A DNA stretch of 64,000 nt, from positions 4,463 to 68,462 of the forward strand of contig CAYSFG010000035.1 of NCBI GenBank assembly GCA_964430545.1, written 5' to 3'. The DNA comes from Candidatus Woesearchaeota archaeon (GTDB lineage Archaea; Nanobdellota; Nanobdellia; SCGC-AAA011-G17; GW2011-AR18). Made by a program: the position numbers and the translations under genes. A model generated the notes under the pieces. The model was given only the letters and a program-made list of their open reading frames with translations, searched no databases and was not told the origin of the DNA. This document shows, in pieces, positions 47,529-58,382 of this stretch; position 1 is the first letter of the stretch, and each line of letters opens with the position of its first letter.

Positions 47529-48640
47529 TTCAATAACTCCTTATATAATATCTCTAAATCATTACTTATGGAGTCCCAAGTAAAATTTTTAACTCTATTA
47601 TAACCTTTTAATTGAAGTTTTTTTAATAATTTTTTATTACTAATGAGAATAGAAATTTTATCTTTTAAATCTACTAAATTATTATCTTCAAAAATTAAAC
47701 CTGCATTACCAACAACAGAAGGTAATCCTCCTCTATCAGAAGTTATAACTGCGCATTTTCTTGAAAACGCTTCTAGTACCACTATACCAAAAGCTTCATA
47801 ATGACTAGGATGAATAAAAATATCAGCATCATTTAAAGCTTCAAATTTTTCTTTATCTGAAAGGTCTTTTAATATTAAAATATTAATCTTATTTTTAGAT
47901 AACTCTTCAAGATTTTTACTATTAGGATCATTACTACCAATAATAACAAACATAACATCTGGAAATGAATCAGCTACTTCAATAACTTGATCCAATCCTT
48001 TACTTTTATTAAGTCTAGCTATTGATATTGATAATAATTTATTTTTAATTTTATAACGCTTTTTAAAACTAGATTTAATATTTTTTAATAAAAAACTTGG
48101 AATACCATTTGGAATTATACTAATCTTGTTTTTATCAATATTAAAATTATTAATAATCCATTCTTTCTCTGGAATATTAAGTGCTATTAGTTTATTATAT
48201 TTCTTTAAGATAATCTTACCCAATGTCTTATCAAAAACAGGAATAATTTTATCTATTATATAATTTCTTAAACCCTTAGGATAATTTGGCCAATGAAGAG
48301 TCAAAACTGACTTTTTACTAGAAAAAAAAGGAACTAAATTATGTGGCTGTCTATAAGCATGAACGTGAATGATATCTGAATTAGACTTTCTAATATAATT
48401 TAAAACTGAAATGAAAACAGGACTGAACTCACCAATATTAAATAAAGTATTAAATCTAACAATAGAAATTCCATTATAATTTTCTTTACCAATATTTATT
48501 TTTTTATTCCTCAAACTATTAGAAGTTAAAACCTCGACTTCATGACCTTTCTTAACCATTTGTCTTGCTAGATTAAGAACATGATTCTCCATACCACCCT
48601 TAACAGGATAAAAAAAAGGACAAACATAAGTTATTTTCAT
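47525..48640 (-). CDS. GT4 glycosyltransferase
   Basis: 'SHYEAFGIVVLEAFSRKCAVITSDRGGLPSVV'. Confidence 0.75.
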   Translation of the reverse strand: MKITYVCPFFYPVKGGMENHVLNLARQMVKKGHEVEVLTSNSLRNKKINIGKENYNGISIVRFNTLFNIGEFSPVFISVLNYIRKSNSDIIHVHAYRQPHNLVPFFSSKKSVLTLHWPNYPKGLRNYIIDKIIPVFDKTLGKIILKKYNKLIALNIPEKEWIINNFNIDKNKISIIPNGIPSFLLKNIKSSFKKRYKIKNKLLSISIARLNKSKGLDQVIEVADSFPDVMFVIIGSNDPNSKNLEELSKNKINILILKDLSDKEKFEALNDADIFIHPSHYEAFGIVVLEAFSRKCAVITSDRGGLPSVVGNAGLIFEDNNLVDLKDKISILISNKKLLKKLQLKGYNRVKNFTWDSISNDLEILYKELLK

Positions 48641-49791
48641 TTTAATAATTTTAAATACTCCTCCTCAAGCTTTAAAGAAATATTATCATATCTAAATTCT
48701 TTTACTTTTATAAAATTATTAAACTGCAATTTAGTTCTCAATTTATTATCTTTTATTAATCTTATAAAACATGTTTCTAATTGTTTAAGATTATTAAAAT
48801 CATATAATAAACCATTATCTTCAGAAACTAAAAATTTTCCACCTTCTGTTCTTGTGGAAATAATAACATTTCTCTTAGCCATAGCTTCAAGAATAGTTAT
48901 ACCAAAAGCCTCCCACTCACTTGGAAAAACATAAATCTCAGATAATTCAAGAATCGAAAGTTTCTCTTCATCACTAGGATCAAGAATAATTCTAACATTG
49001 TTTTCTAAATTATAATTTTTAACTAATTGATTAATACTATTATAATAACCAGCATCACTACCCATAACTACAAGAATAATATCTTTATTTAACTTTAACA
49101 AGTTAGGAAGAACTTTAATAACTTGATCAATACCTTTATACTCGTGAATCCTGCCTAAATAAGATATAACAAACTTATTTTTTAGATTATATTTTTTATT
49201 AACATTAATTGAATTATTTCTTTTAAGTAAATCCTTAGATATACCGTTAGGAACGTAAACTATTTTATCTTTCTTAAAACCATAATCCTTAGAAAGCCAT
49301 TTATATTGATAAGGATTAACTTGAATTACTAAAGAATAGATTTTATTAATCTGAAACTCAACTAAATTTACAAAAAATTTTAATATTTTCTGCCATAAAG
49401 GATAAAATTTTAATGCCATGAATGGTCCGTGAGGTGTAATAACAAATTTTGTTTCAGGATCTTTTATTTTTTTTAATAATATACAAATATCATGCCATAA
49501 AAATCCTAAAGAATGAACATGTATTATATCAAAATCTTCTTTTAACAAAGCCTTTAACATATCAGGATAAAAAACAAAATAATAGCGATATCTAAAAATA
49601 GTTTTAAATCTATGAATTTTTATATTTTCAATTACTTCATATTTTTTATTTATTATTTTATCATCTTTCCTATTCGATGTAAAAACATGAACTTCATGAT
49701 TTTTTGCAAGTTCTTTAGCTAAATAATAACAATTATTCTCTGCACCACCATAAAAAGGATGGAAATAAGTTGAAATGAATCCAATTTTCAT
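48637..49791 (-). CDS. GT4 glycosyltransferase
   Basis: 'SEWEAFGITILEAMAKRNVIISTRTEGG'. Confidence 0.75.
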   Translation of the reverse strand: MKIGFISTYFHPFYGGAENNCYYLAKELAKNHEVHVFTSNRKDDKIINKKYEVIENIKIHRFKTIFRYRYYFVFYPDMLKALLKEDFDIIHVHSLGFLWHDICILLKKIKDPETKFVITPHGPFMALKFYPLWQKILKFFVNLVEFQINKIYSLVIQVNPYQYKWLSKDYGFKKDKIVYVPNGISKDLLKRNNSINVNKKYNLKNKFVISYLGRIHEYKGIDQVIKVLPNLLKLNKDIILVVMGSDAGYYNSINQLVKNYNLENNVRIILDPSDEEKLSILELSEIYVFPSEWEAFGITILEAMAKRNVIISTRTEGGKFLVSEDNGLLYDFNNLKQLETCFIRLIKDNKLRTKLQFNNFIKVKEFRYDNISLKLEEEYLKLLK

Positions 49792-49850
49792 GTATTTTAT
49801 ATTATAATAAGATTTAATAGTATTTCTAATAGTTATTTTAGCTTATAACA

Positions 49851-50495
49851 ATGCTTAAAAATCATCTATGTTACTTTAGAATTATGCAATTAAAAGAATC
49901 ATTAAATTTAGTTCAAAAATTAATTGAATTAGAAACATTTAAGTCTATAGGATTAGAAACTGGATTAATTGTAAATGAAGAAGAAATTGAAATAAAAAGA
50001 AGATTGATTTTAAAAAGTTTTTATGATAAAAATAAATTAGCCTATGATGTATCAAGAGGAATAGAATCTTATGTTAAATTAATAGAACCAATAGAAGAAA
50101 GATATAACTCACTCTGGAAAAAATCTACAACACCCAAGAAAAATCCTAAATTAGAAGAAGAAATCATAAAAGTTTTTACCTCAATAAATAATATAGGAGC
50201 AGCTTATATCCCAAATATAGAAAGTTTCACACGTAATGGGCGAATAAAAGCCATGCAACCTATGGATATATTTTCATTATTGACAGGCATGACATTTTCT
50301 TCATTATCTTACTTAAATATTACTAATACTAATTTATCTAATTTATCTAATTACTATTATTTAATTCCAGTTAGTTTTTTAGTTTTGCCTTACTTAGTGC
50401 TTAGGCCTACAGATGCTACTTTAAAATATAGTCTCGAAGCATTACATCAATCTGCAGAAAAAACAGATAATTATTTAAGAAAAAACACAATTTAA
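49851..50495 (+). CDS. hypothetical protein
   Basis: 214-aa ORF between divergent GT operons; the real start may be the internal Met (MQLKES...). Confidence 0.3.
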   Translation: MLKNHLCYFRIMQLKESLNLVQKLIELETFKSIGLETGLIVNEEEIEIKRRLILKSFYDKNKLAYDVSRGIESYVKLIEPIEERYNSLWKKSTTPKKNPKLEEEIIKVFTSINNIGAAYIPNIESFTRNGRIKAMQPMDIFSLLTGMTFSSLSYLNITNTNLSNLSNYYYLIPVSFLVLPYLVLRPTDATLKYSLEALHQSAEKTDNYLRKNTI

Positions 50496-50531
50496 TAAAA
50501 TTAATAAATAGAATACAAATCAATAATTCTA

Positions 50532-51254
50532 ATGTTATCATTATTTATACCTGTTTATAATGGAGAAAGAATACTAGAAGTAAATATATCTAGGGTTTAC
50601 AATTTCTTAAAAAAAAATAAATATGACTTTGAAATAATAATAGTAGATGATAATTCTAATGATAATACACTTGAAATATCAAAAAAATTATCAAAAAAAT
50701 ATAAAGAAATAAGATATTTATATTATAATAATGGTCCTTCAAGAAGAGAAAATCTAGGAAAATCATTTTATCAATCTAAAGGGAATATTATTTTTTTTAT
50801 GGATTTAGATTTATCTGTAGATTTAATTTATTTTAATGAATTAATAAATAAAATAAAAGAAAATGATATTGTAATAGGAAGTAGATATCAAGGAATAAAA
50901 GCAGAAAGAAGCATAGAGAGGTTATTAATAAGCAAGATTTATAATCTTATAATGAAAATAATCTTTAATTCAAAAATACAAGACCATCAATGCGGTTTTA
51001 AAATATTTAAAAAAGAAAAAATGTTAGAAATATTAGATTATATGGGTTATGATAAAACATATCAAAGAGGATGGTTTTGGGATGTAGAATTATTAGTAAG
51101 AGCACAAAATAAATTGTTTAAAATAAAAGAAATACCTGTAAAATGGAAAGGAGATATGGAAAGCACATTTAATATTAAAAGAGAATTAAGAATACTAAAA
51201 TATATATTAAGAAATAGAAAAAAAATAAGAAATGGAGAAAAAAATAATGAATAA
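50532..51254 (+). CDS. GT2 polyprenol-phosphate glycosyltransferase
   Basis: 'LSLFIPVYNGE', 'IIVDDNSNDNT', 'FMDLDL', 'QCGFKIF'. Confidence 0.7.
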   Translation: MLSLFIPVYNGERILEVNISRVYNFLKKNKYDFEIIIVDDNSNDNTLEISKKLSKKYKEIRYLYYNNGPSRRENLGKSFYQSKGNIIFFMDLDLSVDLIYFNELINKIKENDIVIGSRYQGIKAERSIERLLISKIYNLIMKIIFNSKIQDHQCGFKIFKKEKMLEILDYMGYDKTYQRGWFWDVELLVRAQNKLFKIKEIPVKWKGDMESTFNIKRELRILKYILRNRKKIRNGEKNNE

Positions 51255-52905
51255 AAAAGTATTTTATATATTGTTATTTTTTATTATTATCTTTGGACTA
51301 TTCTTAAGATTAAAATATACAAATTTTCATGCAGAACTATCATCAGATGAAGGAGAATCTTTATTGCTTGCAAAATCAATATTTACAGGAAATGTATTAC
51401 TTCAATGGTCATATTATAGACCATTTTTACTCCCATTACTATGGGGATTATTATTTAAATTAGGATTTGGAGAGACAGCCATACACTTAACTGTAATAAT
51501 ATTTTCTTTAATAGGGATATTTTATATCTGCTTACTAGGAGAATACTTATTTAATAAAAAAACAGGTTTAATAGCTGCTTTATTATATGCTATATTTAGT
51601 CAGGATATATTATATAGTGGAAGAGTATTACTAAATACGCCATCAATGGCATTGTGGGTAGTTGGAATCTATTATTTTGTAAGATCATTAGATAATGATA
51701 ATAAAAGTTTATACTTATGTGGAGTAATATCTGGAATTTCTGTATTAATATATAATCAAATGATACCAATGTTCTTATTATTTCTAATATATTTAATATT
51801 TACTAAAGGAATATTATTTTTTAAAGAAAAAGAATATAGAAATTTTATTTTAATATTCACCATAATATATCTTATAAATTTTATATTTAGTTATATAATG
51901 TATAAAAATCCATTTAAGATGTTAATATATGGATTGTGGTTAAGTTATGCCGGGTATAGTTATTTTGGGCTTTTTAATGTCCTAAGAGATATAGGAACAT
52001 TTTTTTATATTTCATTAGGAACAATATTTCTGTCATTATTTTTATTATCATTATTATACTTTATTAAACCAATAAAATTTTTATTTAATAGTTTATATAA
52101 TTACCTTAAAAAAAATACTAAAATATTTTATAGCATACTATTTAGCATTATTTTATTAATTTTTATATTTATTATTCTGAAATATTTTACTAGAAATAAA
52201 GAAATTATAACTCAGTTTATAATAACAAATATCTTTACATTTTTTATTTTAATTACAGGAATTTATATATTATACAAATTAAAGTATTACTTTTCTTATA
52301 CTTCAAAGAAAATAGAAAAACTAGATATTAATCTATTATTTTTAATCTGGGTTTTTATAATACCCATATTCATATTTAAAGTAACTGGACATTTTGAAGG
52401 CAGATATTTTATGCCAATATTTATACCCATGTTTATTTTAATTGCATTGTCAATAAATAAATTAACACAATATTCAAAATACACAACAATATTTGTTATA
52501 TTAATTCTTATTTTTGGGATATATTTACAAATTAATAATACAAACAAAATAGTAAATAATTTTGGTTTTAGCGAAGGATTAAACGAGTTTGGAAAGTGGA
52601 TACAAAAAAATACAAATGAAAAAGATATAATAGTTGGACCATGGAATTCAGCTTTAGCATATTATATGAACAGACAGATATATTATTACCCACATGGAAG
52701 ATATAGTTCTGGTATAGAATATGAAAAATTTGATAAAGAAATGAAACAATTAAAACCAAAGTATATTATAATATATGAACTTGATAAATATAAAGAGTAT
52801 AATGATTATTATAAAAATTTTTTACAAGAAAATAAACAATATAATTTAATATATAGTTTTGTTACAAAAAATAGCAATACTAATCTAAACGTGTATTCTA
52901 TATAA
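51232..52905 (+). CDS. GT-C-fold membrane glycosyltransferase (ArnT/PMT-like)
   Basis: 557 aa; first loop 'LSSDEGESLLLAK'; about 13 TM helices plus a C-terminal soluble domain. Confidence 0.45.
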   Translation: MEKKIMNKKVFYILLFFIIIFGLFLRLKYTNFHAELSSDEGESLLLAKSIFTGNVLLQWSYYRPFLLPLLWGLLFKLGFGETAIHLTVIIFSLIGIFYICLLGEYLFNKKTGLIAALLYAIFSQDILYSGRVLLNTPSMALWVVGIYYFVRSLDNDNKSLYLCGVISGISVLIYNQMIPMFLLFLIYLIFTKGILFFKEKEYRNFILIFTIIYLINFIFSYIMYKNPFKMLIYGLWLSYAGYSYFGLFNVLRDIGTFFYISLGTIFLSLFLLSLLYFIKPIKFLFNSLYNYLKKNTKIFYSILFSIILLIFIFIILKYFTRNKEIITQFIITNIFTFFILITGIYILYKLKYYFSYTSKKIEKLDINLLFLIWVFIIPIFIFKVTGHFEGRYFMPIFIPMFILIALSINKLTQYSKYTTIFVILILIFGIYLQINNTNKIVNNFGFSEGLNEFGKWIQKNTNEKDIIVGPWNSALAYYMNRQIYYYPHGRYSSGIEYEKFDKEMKQLKPKYIIIYELDKYKEYNDYYKNFLQENKQYNLIYSFVTKNSNTNLNVYSI

Positions 52906-52959
52906 TATATAATTTAATTATTAGAAAAGGTTATAAAGATTCTAAAATTTTGCTTTTTT

Positions 52960-54639
52960 ATGATAATATTAGGGGTACATGATGGACATGATTCTGGAGC
53001 TAGCTTAATAAAAGATGGAAGAATAATAGCCGCAGTAAACGAAGAAAGACTAAATAGAACAAAATTATTTACTGGATTACCAAAGTTATCAATAGAAGAA
53101 GTCTTTAAAATATCAGGTATAGAAAAAAGTAAAGTAGAAGGAATTGCTTTATCTGGAACATCAGGATTAATGGCAAATATAGGATGGGAAAATGTTTCTT
53201 TTAAAAAAAAATTATATCAAACAATAGCAAACAATACTCCATTTCCTAAATATATAACATTTTCACATTTACAAAGAACAATATTTAATCCATTAAGAGA
53301 TAAAACTACAGAAAAATATCTAAAACAAAATGGATTTGATGCAGAAATAAAATATTTTGATCATCATAAATGTCATGCAGCAACAGCATATTATGCATCT
53401 GGAAAAAATGAATGTTTAATATTTACAACAGATGGAAGTGGCGATGGACTAAGCGCTAGTGTATACCATTGTAAAGATGGAGAGATGAACTTAATTAAAG
53501 AAATACCAACATTTCATTCATTAGGATATTTCTATGCATATGTAACGATGCTTTTTGGATTTAAGATGTTTAAGCATGAAGGGAAAACAACAGGCCTAGC
53601 AGCATTTGGAAATCCAGAAAAATGTTATAGTTATTTTGAAAAATATTTTGACTTCAAAGATGGAAAATTAGTAAATACCTCAGGATTAATAGGAAAACCA
53701 GCATATGAATATCTAAAGAAAGAATTAGAAAGTTATAGCAGAACAGATATTGCTGCAGCTTTACAGAAAAGATTAGAAGATGTAATGATAAAATTCGTAA
53801 AATACTATGTAGAAAAAATAAAAGTTTATGACTTAGCATTAGCTGGCGGGGTATTTGCAAATGTAAAATTAAATCAAAAAATATTAGAACTACCAGAAGT
53901 AAATAGCGTTTTTATATATCCAAATATGGGAGATGGAGGATTAGCTAGTGGGGCAGCTTTTAATATGTACAAGATTAAAAATGATAAGTTAAGGCCTTAT
54001 AGATTAGATAATGTTTATTTTGGTTCTAGTTTTACTGACGAAGAAATTCTTAATGAAGTAAAAGAACAAGGATTAGAAGCTGAATATGTAAAAGATATAG
54101 AGAAATATGCAGCTGAATTAGTGTCTCATAAAAAGATAGTTGGAAACTTTAGTGGAAGAATGGAATATGGACCAAGAGCATTAGGAAATAGAAGTATAAT
54201 AGCAGACCCAACAGATAAAACTATAAATGATTGGCTAAATAAAAGAATGCGTCGCTCGGAATTTATGCCTTTCGCCCCTTCAATAATGAAAGAATATTGT
54301 AATGATTATTTTGAAAACTTTGAAAAAGCAGAATATCCTTCAGAATTTATGACAATAACCTTTAATTGTAAAGAAATAGCAAGAAAAGCAGAAGCTGTAG
54401 TTCATGTAGATAATACTGCAAGACCACAAGCTGTGACAAAAACTAATAATTTAAGATATTATAAAATATTAGATAATTATAATAAAATAACTGGACTCCC
54501 AATATTTATCAATACAAGTTTTAACATACATGAAGAACCAATAGTATGCACACCAAAAGATGCATTAATAAGTTTGAAAAAAGACTGTGTTGATGTAGTA
54601 ACAATAGGAAATTATGTTGTTTACGATAAGAATAATTAA
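52960..54639 (+). CDS. carbamoyltransferase (NodU/CmcH family)
   Basis: N-terminal 'ILGVHDGHDSGASLIKDGRIIAAVNEERLNRTK' and a C-terminal carbamoyltransferase domain; 559 aa. Confidence 0.85.
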   Translation: MIILGVHDGHDSGASLIKDGRIIAAVNEERLNRTKLFTGLPKLSIEEVFKISGIEKSKVEGIALSGTSGLMANIGWENVSFKKKLYQTIANNTPFPKYITFSHLQRTIFNPLRDKTTEKYLKQNGFDAEIKYFDHHKCHAATAYYASGKNECLIFTTDGSGDGLSASVYHCKDGEMNLIKEIPTFHSLGYFYAYVTMLFGFKMFKHEGKTTGLAAFGNPEKCYSYFEKYFDFKDGKLVNTSGLIGKPAYEYLKKELESYSRTDIAAALQKRLEDVMIKFVKYYVEKIKVYDLALAGGVFANVKLNQKILELPEVNSVFIYPNMGDGGLASGAAFNMYKIKNDKLRPYRLDNVYFGSSFTDEEILNEVKEQGLEAEYVKDIEKYAAELVSHKKIVGNFSGRMEYGPRALGNRSIIADPTDKTINDWLNKRMRRSEFMPFAPSIMKEYCNDYFENFEKAEYPSEFMTITFNCKEIARKAEAVVHVDNTARPQAVTKTNNLRYYKILDNYNKITGLPIFINTSFNIHEEPIVCTPKDALISLKKDCVDVVTIGNYVVYDKNN

Positions 54640-54955
54640 GGAGAATGTTATGAAAAAATCATTATTAAAAATTTTAATATGCCCATTATGTAAAAATAAT
54701 TTTAAATTAAAAATTCAAGAACAAAATGAAAAAGAAATACTAGAAGGAACACTAAAATGTAAATGCAATGAATATAAGATAAATAATGGAATACCAAGAA
54801 TGGTGATAGATAAAGATTTAACTAATGTGAAAAAAAGAACATCTAAAGTATGGGGATATCAATGGAATTATTTTAAAAATTTTATAAAAGAAAGTGAAGA
54901 ACAATTCTTAAGATGGTTAACGCCAATAAAAAAAGAATACTTTCAAAAAAATTAA
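54614..54955 (+). CDS. Trm112-like zinc-ribbon domain, N-terminal fragment of a frameshifted Trm112-methyltransferase fusion
   Basis: 'LLKILICPLCKNNFKL...LKCKCNEYKINNGIPRMV'; the likely real start is the Met at about 54650. Confidence 0.45.
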   Translation: MLFTIRIIKENVMKKSLLKILICPLCKNNFKLKIQEQNEKEILEGTLKCKCNEYKINNGIPRMVIDKDLTNVKKRTSKVWGYQWNYFKNFIKESEEQFLRWLTPIKKEYFQKN

Positions 54956-55623
54956 TATTAGACGCCGGATGTGGAACAGGAAGACATTCTTATTTCAGTG
55001 CAAAATTTGGAGGTAGAGTAATAGGAATAGATTTAAGTAATGCAGTTGAAACAGCAAGGGAAATAAATAAAGATAAAAATGTAGAAATAATACAAGCAGA
55101 TGTATATAATTTACCTTTTAAAGATAACACTTTTGATTTTATTTATTCAATAGGTGTTATACACCATTTACCCAATCCTACTAAATGTGTAGAATCATTA
55201 ACAAAAAAACTAAAACCCGGAAAACAAATAAGTATATGGTTGTATGGCTATGAAAATAGTTTAATAATGGTAAAATTAATAGAACCATTTAGAAAACTAC
55301 TTAAAAATATTAATTTAAGACTTCTAAACTATATTTCTTTAATAATAACAATACCTTACTTTCTAATAACTAAACTAATCTATAAACCAATAAATAAATT
55401 AAGAATAAAAATTTTAGAAAATATCTTACCATACAATGAATATTTTTATCAATTCTCAAGCTTCGGATTTAATCATCACTGGATGAACGTATTTGATAAA
55501 TTAAATGCACCATTAGCTAATTATTATAAAAAAGAAGAAGCTAAAGAATTATTAAAAGGACTAAAAGATGTAACTATATATCCTGTTAATAATATTAGCT
55601 GGACTGTTCATGGAATTAAGTAA
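54913..55623 (+). CDS. class I SAM-dependent methyltransferase (C-terminal part of the Trm112-methyltransferase fusion)
   Basis: Motif I 'ILDAGCGTGRHS' lies only 17 residues from the annotated Met; the frame is restored with the upstream ORF by a 1-nt shift in the A7 run at 54928-54934. Confidence 0.6.
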   Translation: MVNANKKRILSKKLILDAGCGTGRHSYFSAKFGGRVIGIDLSNAVETAREINKDKNVEIIQADVYNLPFKDNTFDFIYSIGVIHHLPNPTKCVESLTKKLKPGKQISIWLYGYENSLIMVKLIEPFRKLLKNINLRLLNYISLIITIPYFLITKLIYKPINKLRIKILENILPYNEYFYQFSSFGFNHHWMNVFDKLNAPLANYYKKEEAKELLKGLKDVTIYPVNNISWTVHGIK

Positions 55624-55677
55624 TTATTAAATTCATTAAAGAAAATATTTAAATAATATGTTATACTGTATTCTATA

Positions 55678-56460
55678 ATGTTAAAATGGAATAAAAAAAT
55701 ATTTTATCTTTTAATTATAATTCTGTTAACTGTATTTATTATATATTTAATGAAAATTTTAATATTTCATGAAGTTATAATAGATAATAGTGTTGTAACT
55801 ACAAATTTAACAATGCATAAAACTACATTGAAAATAATGCCTTTAGGTGATTCTATAACTGAGGGAGACTTATATGGGGGTTATAGGGTTAATTTAAAAC
55901 AAATGATGGATAATGTTGGCTTTAATACTGATTTTGTTGGAAGAAAAACTACAAATGGAAATACTACAGGATTTATAGATATAGAACACGAAGGATATAA
56001 TAGTGCAACTATAGATACTTTGGGATATCCTTATTTAATTTCTGATGAAATAGATGAAGATATTATAGAAACATTTAAACCAAGAATTGTACTGCTTTTG
56101 ATCGGAACTAATGACTTATTTTGCCAATGTAAGAGTGAAATTCAAATAATAGATAGTTTAAGTATACTAATTAATAAAATATTAAATAAAGATGAAAAAT
56201 TGTATATTATAGTAGGAACTGTTCCCCCATTAGGTTCTTCAAGAGAATTATTAAATAATAGAGTAAATAAACTAAATTTGTTATTACCTACAATGATCTC
56301 TTCTAAAGGAAATAGGGTTTCTTTAGTTGACATTAATTTAGCTCTTAATAGATTTGTAGACTTAAGTGATGATATACATCCCAATAGAGATGGTTATAAA
56401 AAAATAGCAGAAGTTTGGTTTAGTAGAATTAATGAAATGATAAATTTAACAATTACCTAA
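55678..56460 (+). CDS. SGNH/GDSL hydrolase with N-terminal membrane anchor
   Basis: Block I 'LGDSITEG'; block V 'DDIHPN'. Confidence 0.75.
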   Translation: MLKWNKKIFYLLIIILLTVFIIYLMKILIFHEVIIDNSVVTTNLTMHKTTLKIMPLGDSITEGDLYGGYRVNLKQMMDNVGFNTDFVGRKTTNGNTTGFIDIEHEGYNSATIDTLGYPYLISDEIDEDIIETFKPRIVLLLIGTNDLFCQCKSEIQIIDSLSILINKILNKDEKLYIIVGTVPPLGSSRELLNNRVNKLNLLLPTMISSKGNRVSLVDINLALNRFVDLSDDIHPNRDGYKKIAEVWFSRINEMINLTIT

Positions 56461-56604
56461 ATTAAAATAGAAATAAACTGATAAAAAAGTAATTTAAATA
56501 ATTAAATTAATAAATATTTTTTTAAAAAAATTTTATAATTTTAATAAAATAAACTACTTTTTTTAAAAACAAAACTTTAAAAGCAATGTTATTATCCTGA
56601 AATT

Positions 56605-57495
56605 ATGGCAATAAAAATATTTGTTACAGGTGCATCTGGGTATTTAGGTACTAATTTAGTAAGAAAATTAAATCAAAAAGGTTATTTCATAAAAGCACTT
56701 GTAAGAAATGTTAATAAAGCAGAAGCTTTAAAATCTAAAAATGTTAAAGTAATAATAGGGGATATAATAAATATTAACAGTTATGAAAAAGAACTAAAAG
56801 ACGTAGACGTAATATATCATTTAGCTGCAATAATAGGAAATAATAATAAAGAATTAAATTTCTTAGTACATGTTGAAGCTGTAAAAAAATTAATAGAAGC
56901 TGCAAAAAAAAATAATGTTAAAAGAATAATTTATGTAAGTACAATATCAGCATCATATTTAAAAAGAAGCCATTATGCAGAATCAAAACTACAAGCAGAA
57001 AAACTATTTTTTAATTCTGGGATACCAACAACAATAATAAGACCAAACTTAATAATTGGAAGAAAAAGCCCGCAATTAGAAAAAATAAGCACAATGGTTA
57101 AATTACCTTTAATACCTGTAGTAGGATCTGGAAAAAAACTAATACAACCAATAAATGTAGAACAATTAAGCGAAGTCTTAATAAAACTATTAGAAAATAA
57201 AAATTTTATAAACCATACAATATCAATCTCTGGATCAGAAAAAATAACATTTAATCAATTTTTAGATATAATAAGCAAAAATATAATAGGAAAAACAAAG
57301 TTTAAATTACACTTACCAATATTTGCTTGTAGTATACTAGCAACAATATTAGAAAAAGGACTAAAAGATAAAGCTCCATTAAATAAAGGACAAGTTATAT
57401 TATTAAACCAAGATTCAGTATCTTCATTTAATGATGTTAAAAAACTATTTGATCTTAAAGAAGAAAAAATAATGGATATTATAGGAGAAAAATGA
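56605..57495 (+). CDS. NAD-dependent epimerase/dehydratase (SDR) family
   Basis: 'VTGASGYLGTNL'; 'YAESK' catalytic YxxxK. Confidence 0.8.
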   Translation: MAIKIFVTGASGYLGTNLVRKLNQKGYFIKALVRNVNKAEALKSKNVKVIIGDIININSYEKELKDVDVIYHLAAIIGNNNKELNFLVHVEAVKKLIEAAKKNNVKRIIYVSTISASYLKRSHYAESKLQAEKLFFNSGIPTTIIRPNLIIGRKSPQLEKISTMVKLPLIPVVGSGKKLIQPINVEQLSEVLIKLLENKNFINHTISISGSEKITFNQFLDIISKNIIGKTKFKLHLPIFACSILATILEKGLKDKAPLNKGQVILLNQDSVSSFNDVKKLFDLKEEKIMDIIGEK

Positions 57496-58382
57496 AAATT
57501 TTACTAACAGGGGCAAATGGATTTTTAGGTAAAATAGTAACAACAAAATTAATAAATGAAGGTCATAATATAACTGCATTAGTAATACCAGAAGAAGATA
57601 CAACATATTTAGCAACATTAAAAAATGTTAATGTTTTAAGATGTGATATAACTGATTCTAATAGTATAAAAGATGTAATGAAAAAAATAGATGTAGTAAT
57701 ACACTTAGCGGCATTATTAAATAGTTCTGATGAAAACTTAAATATGAAAATAAATTATGAAGGAACAAGAAATATAGCTGATCTTGCTGAAAAAAATAAT
57801 GTTAAAAGATTTATTTTTACATCATCAATGACAGCCACATCAAATAATCCAAATGCTTATGGGAAATCAAAAAAATTAGCAGAAGAATATCTTAATACAA
57901 AAAAATTTAATACAATAATAATAAGACCAACATTATTATATGGAAAAGGAGGAGCAGCTTTTAATAAATTAAAAGACATGATAAACATCCTTCCAATATT
58001 TGTACCAGTAATAGGAAAAGGAAATTCAATAAAACAACCAATATATGTTGAAGATGCAGCTGAAATAATAAAAAAAGCAGCAACAATAGAAATTAATACA
58101 AATAAAATTTATCAAATGGGCGGACCAGAACAAATAGAATTTAAAGAATATGTGAAAAAAATATTAAAAATACAAGGTAAGAATAAAAAATTATTATATA
58201 TACCGAGATTCTTTATATGGACCATGTTGGGAATAATTGAAAAAGTAACTAAAAATCTCCCAGTAACTAGAGAAGCAATACTAGAATTAGAAACTGATAC
58301 AAAAGTAGATTTTACAATAATAGAAAATGATTTTACTATAAAATTAATAAAATTAGATGAAGGAATTAAGAAAAGTTTATAA
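57492..58382 (+). CDS. NAD-dependent epimerase/dehydratase (SDR) family
   Basis: 'LTGANGFLGKIV'; 'YGKSK'. ATGA overlap with the upstream paralog. Confidence 0.8.
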   Translation: MKILLTGANGFLGKIVTTKLINEGHNITALVIPEEDTTYLATLKNVNVLRCDITDSNSIKDVMKKIDVVIHLAALLNSSDENLNMKINYEGTRNIADLAEKNNVKRFIFTSSMTATSNNPNAYGKSKKLAEEYLNTKKFNTIIIRPTLLYGKGGAAFNKLKDMINILPIFVPVIGKGNSIKQPIYVEDAAEIIKKAATIEINTNKIYQMGGPEQIEFKEYVKKILKIQGKNKKLLYIPRFFIWTMLGIIEKVTKNLPVTREAILELETDTKVDFTIIENDFTIKLIKLDEGIKKSL

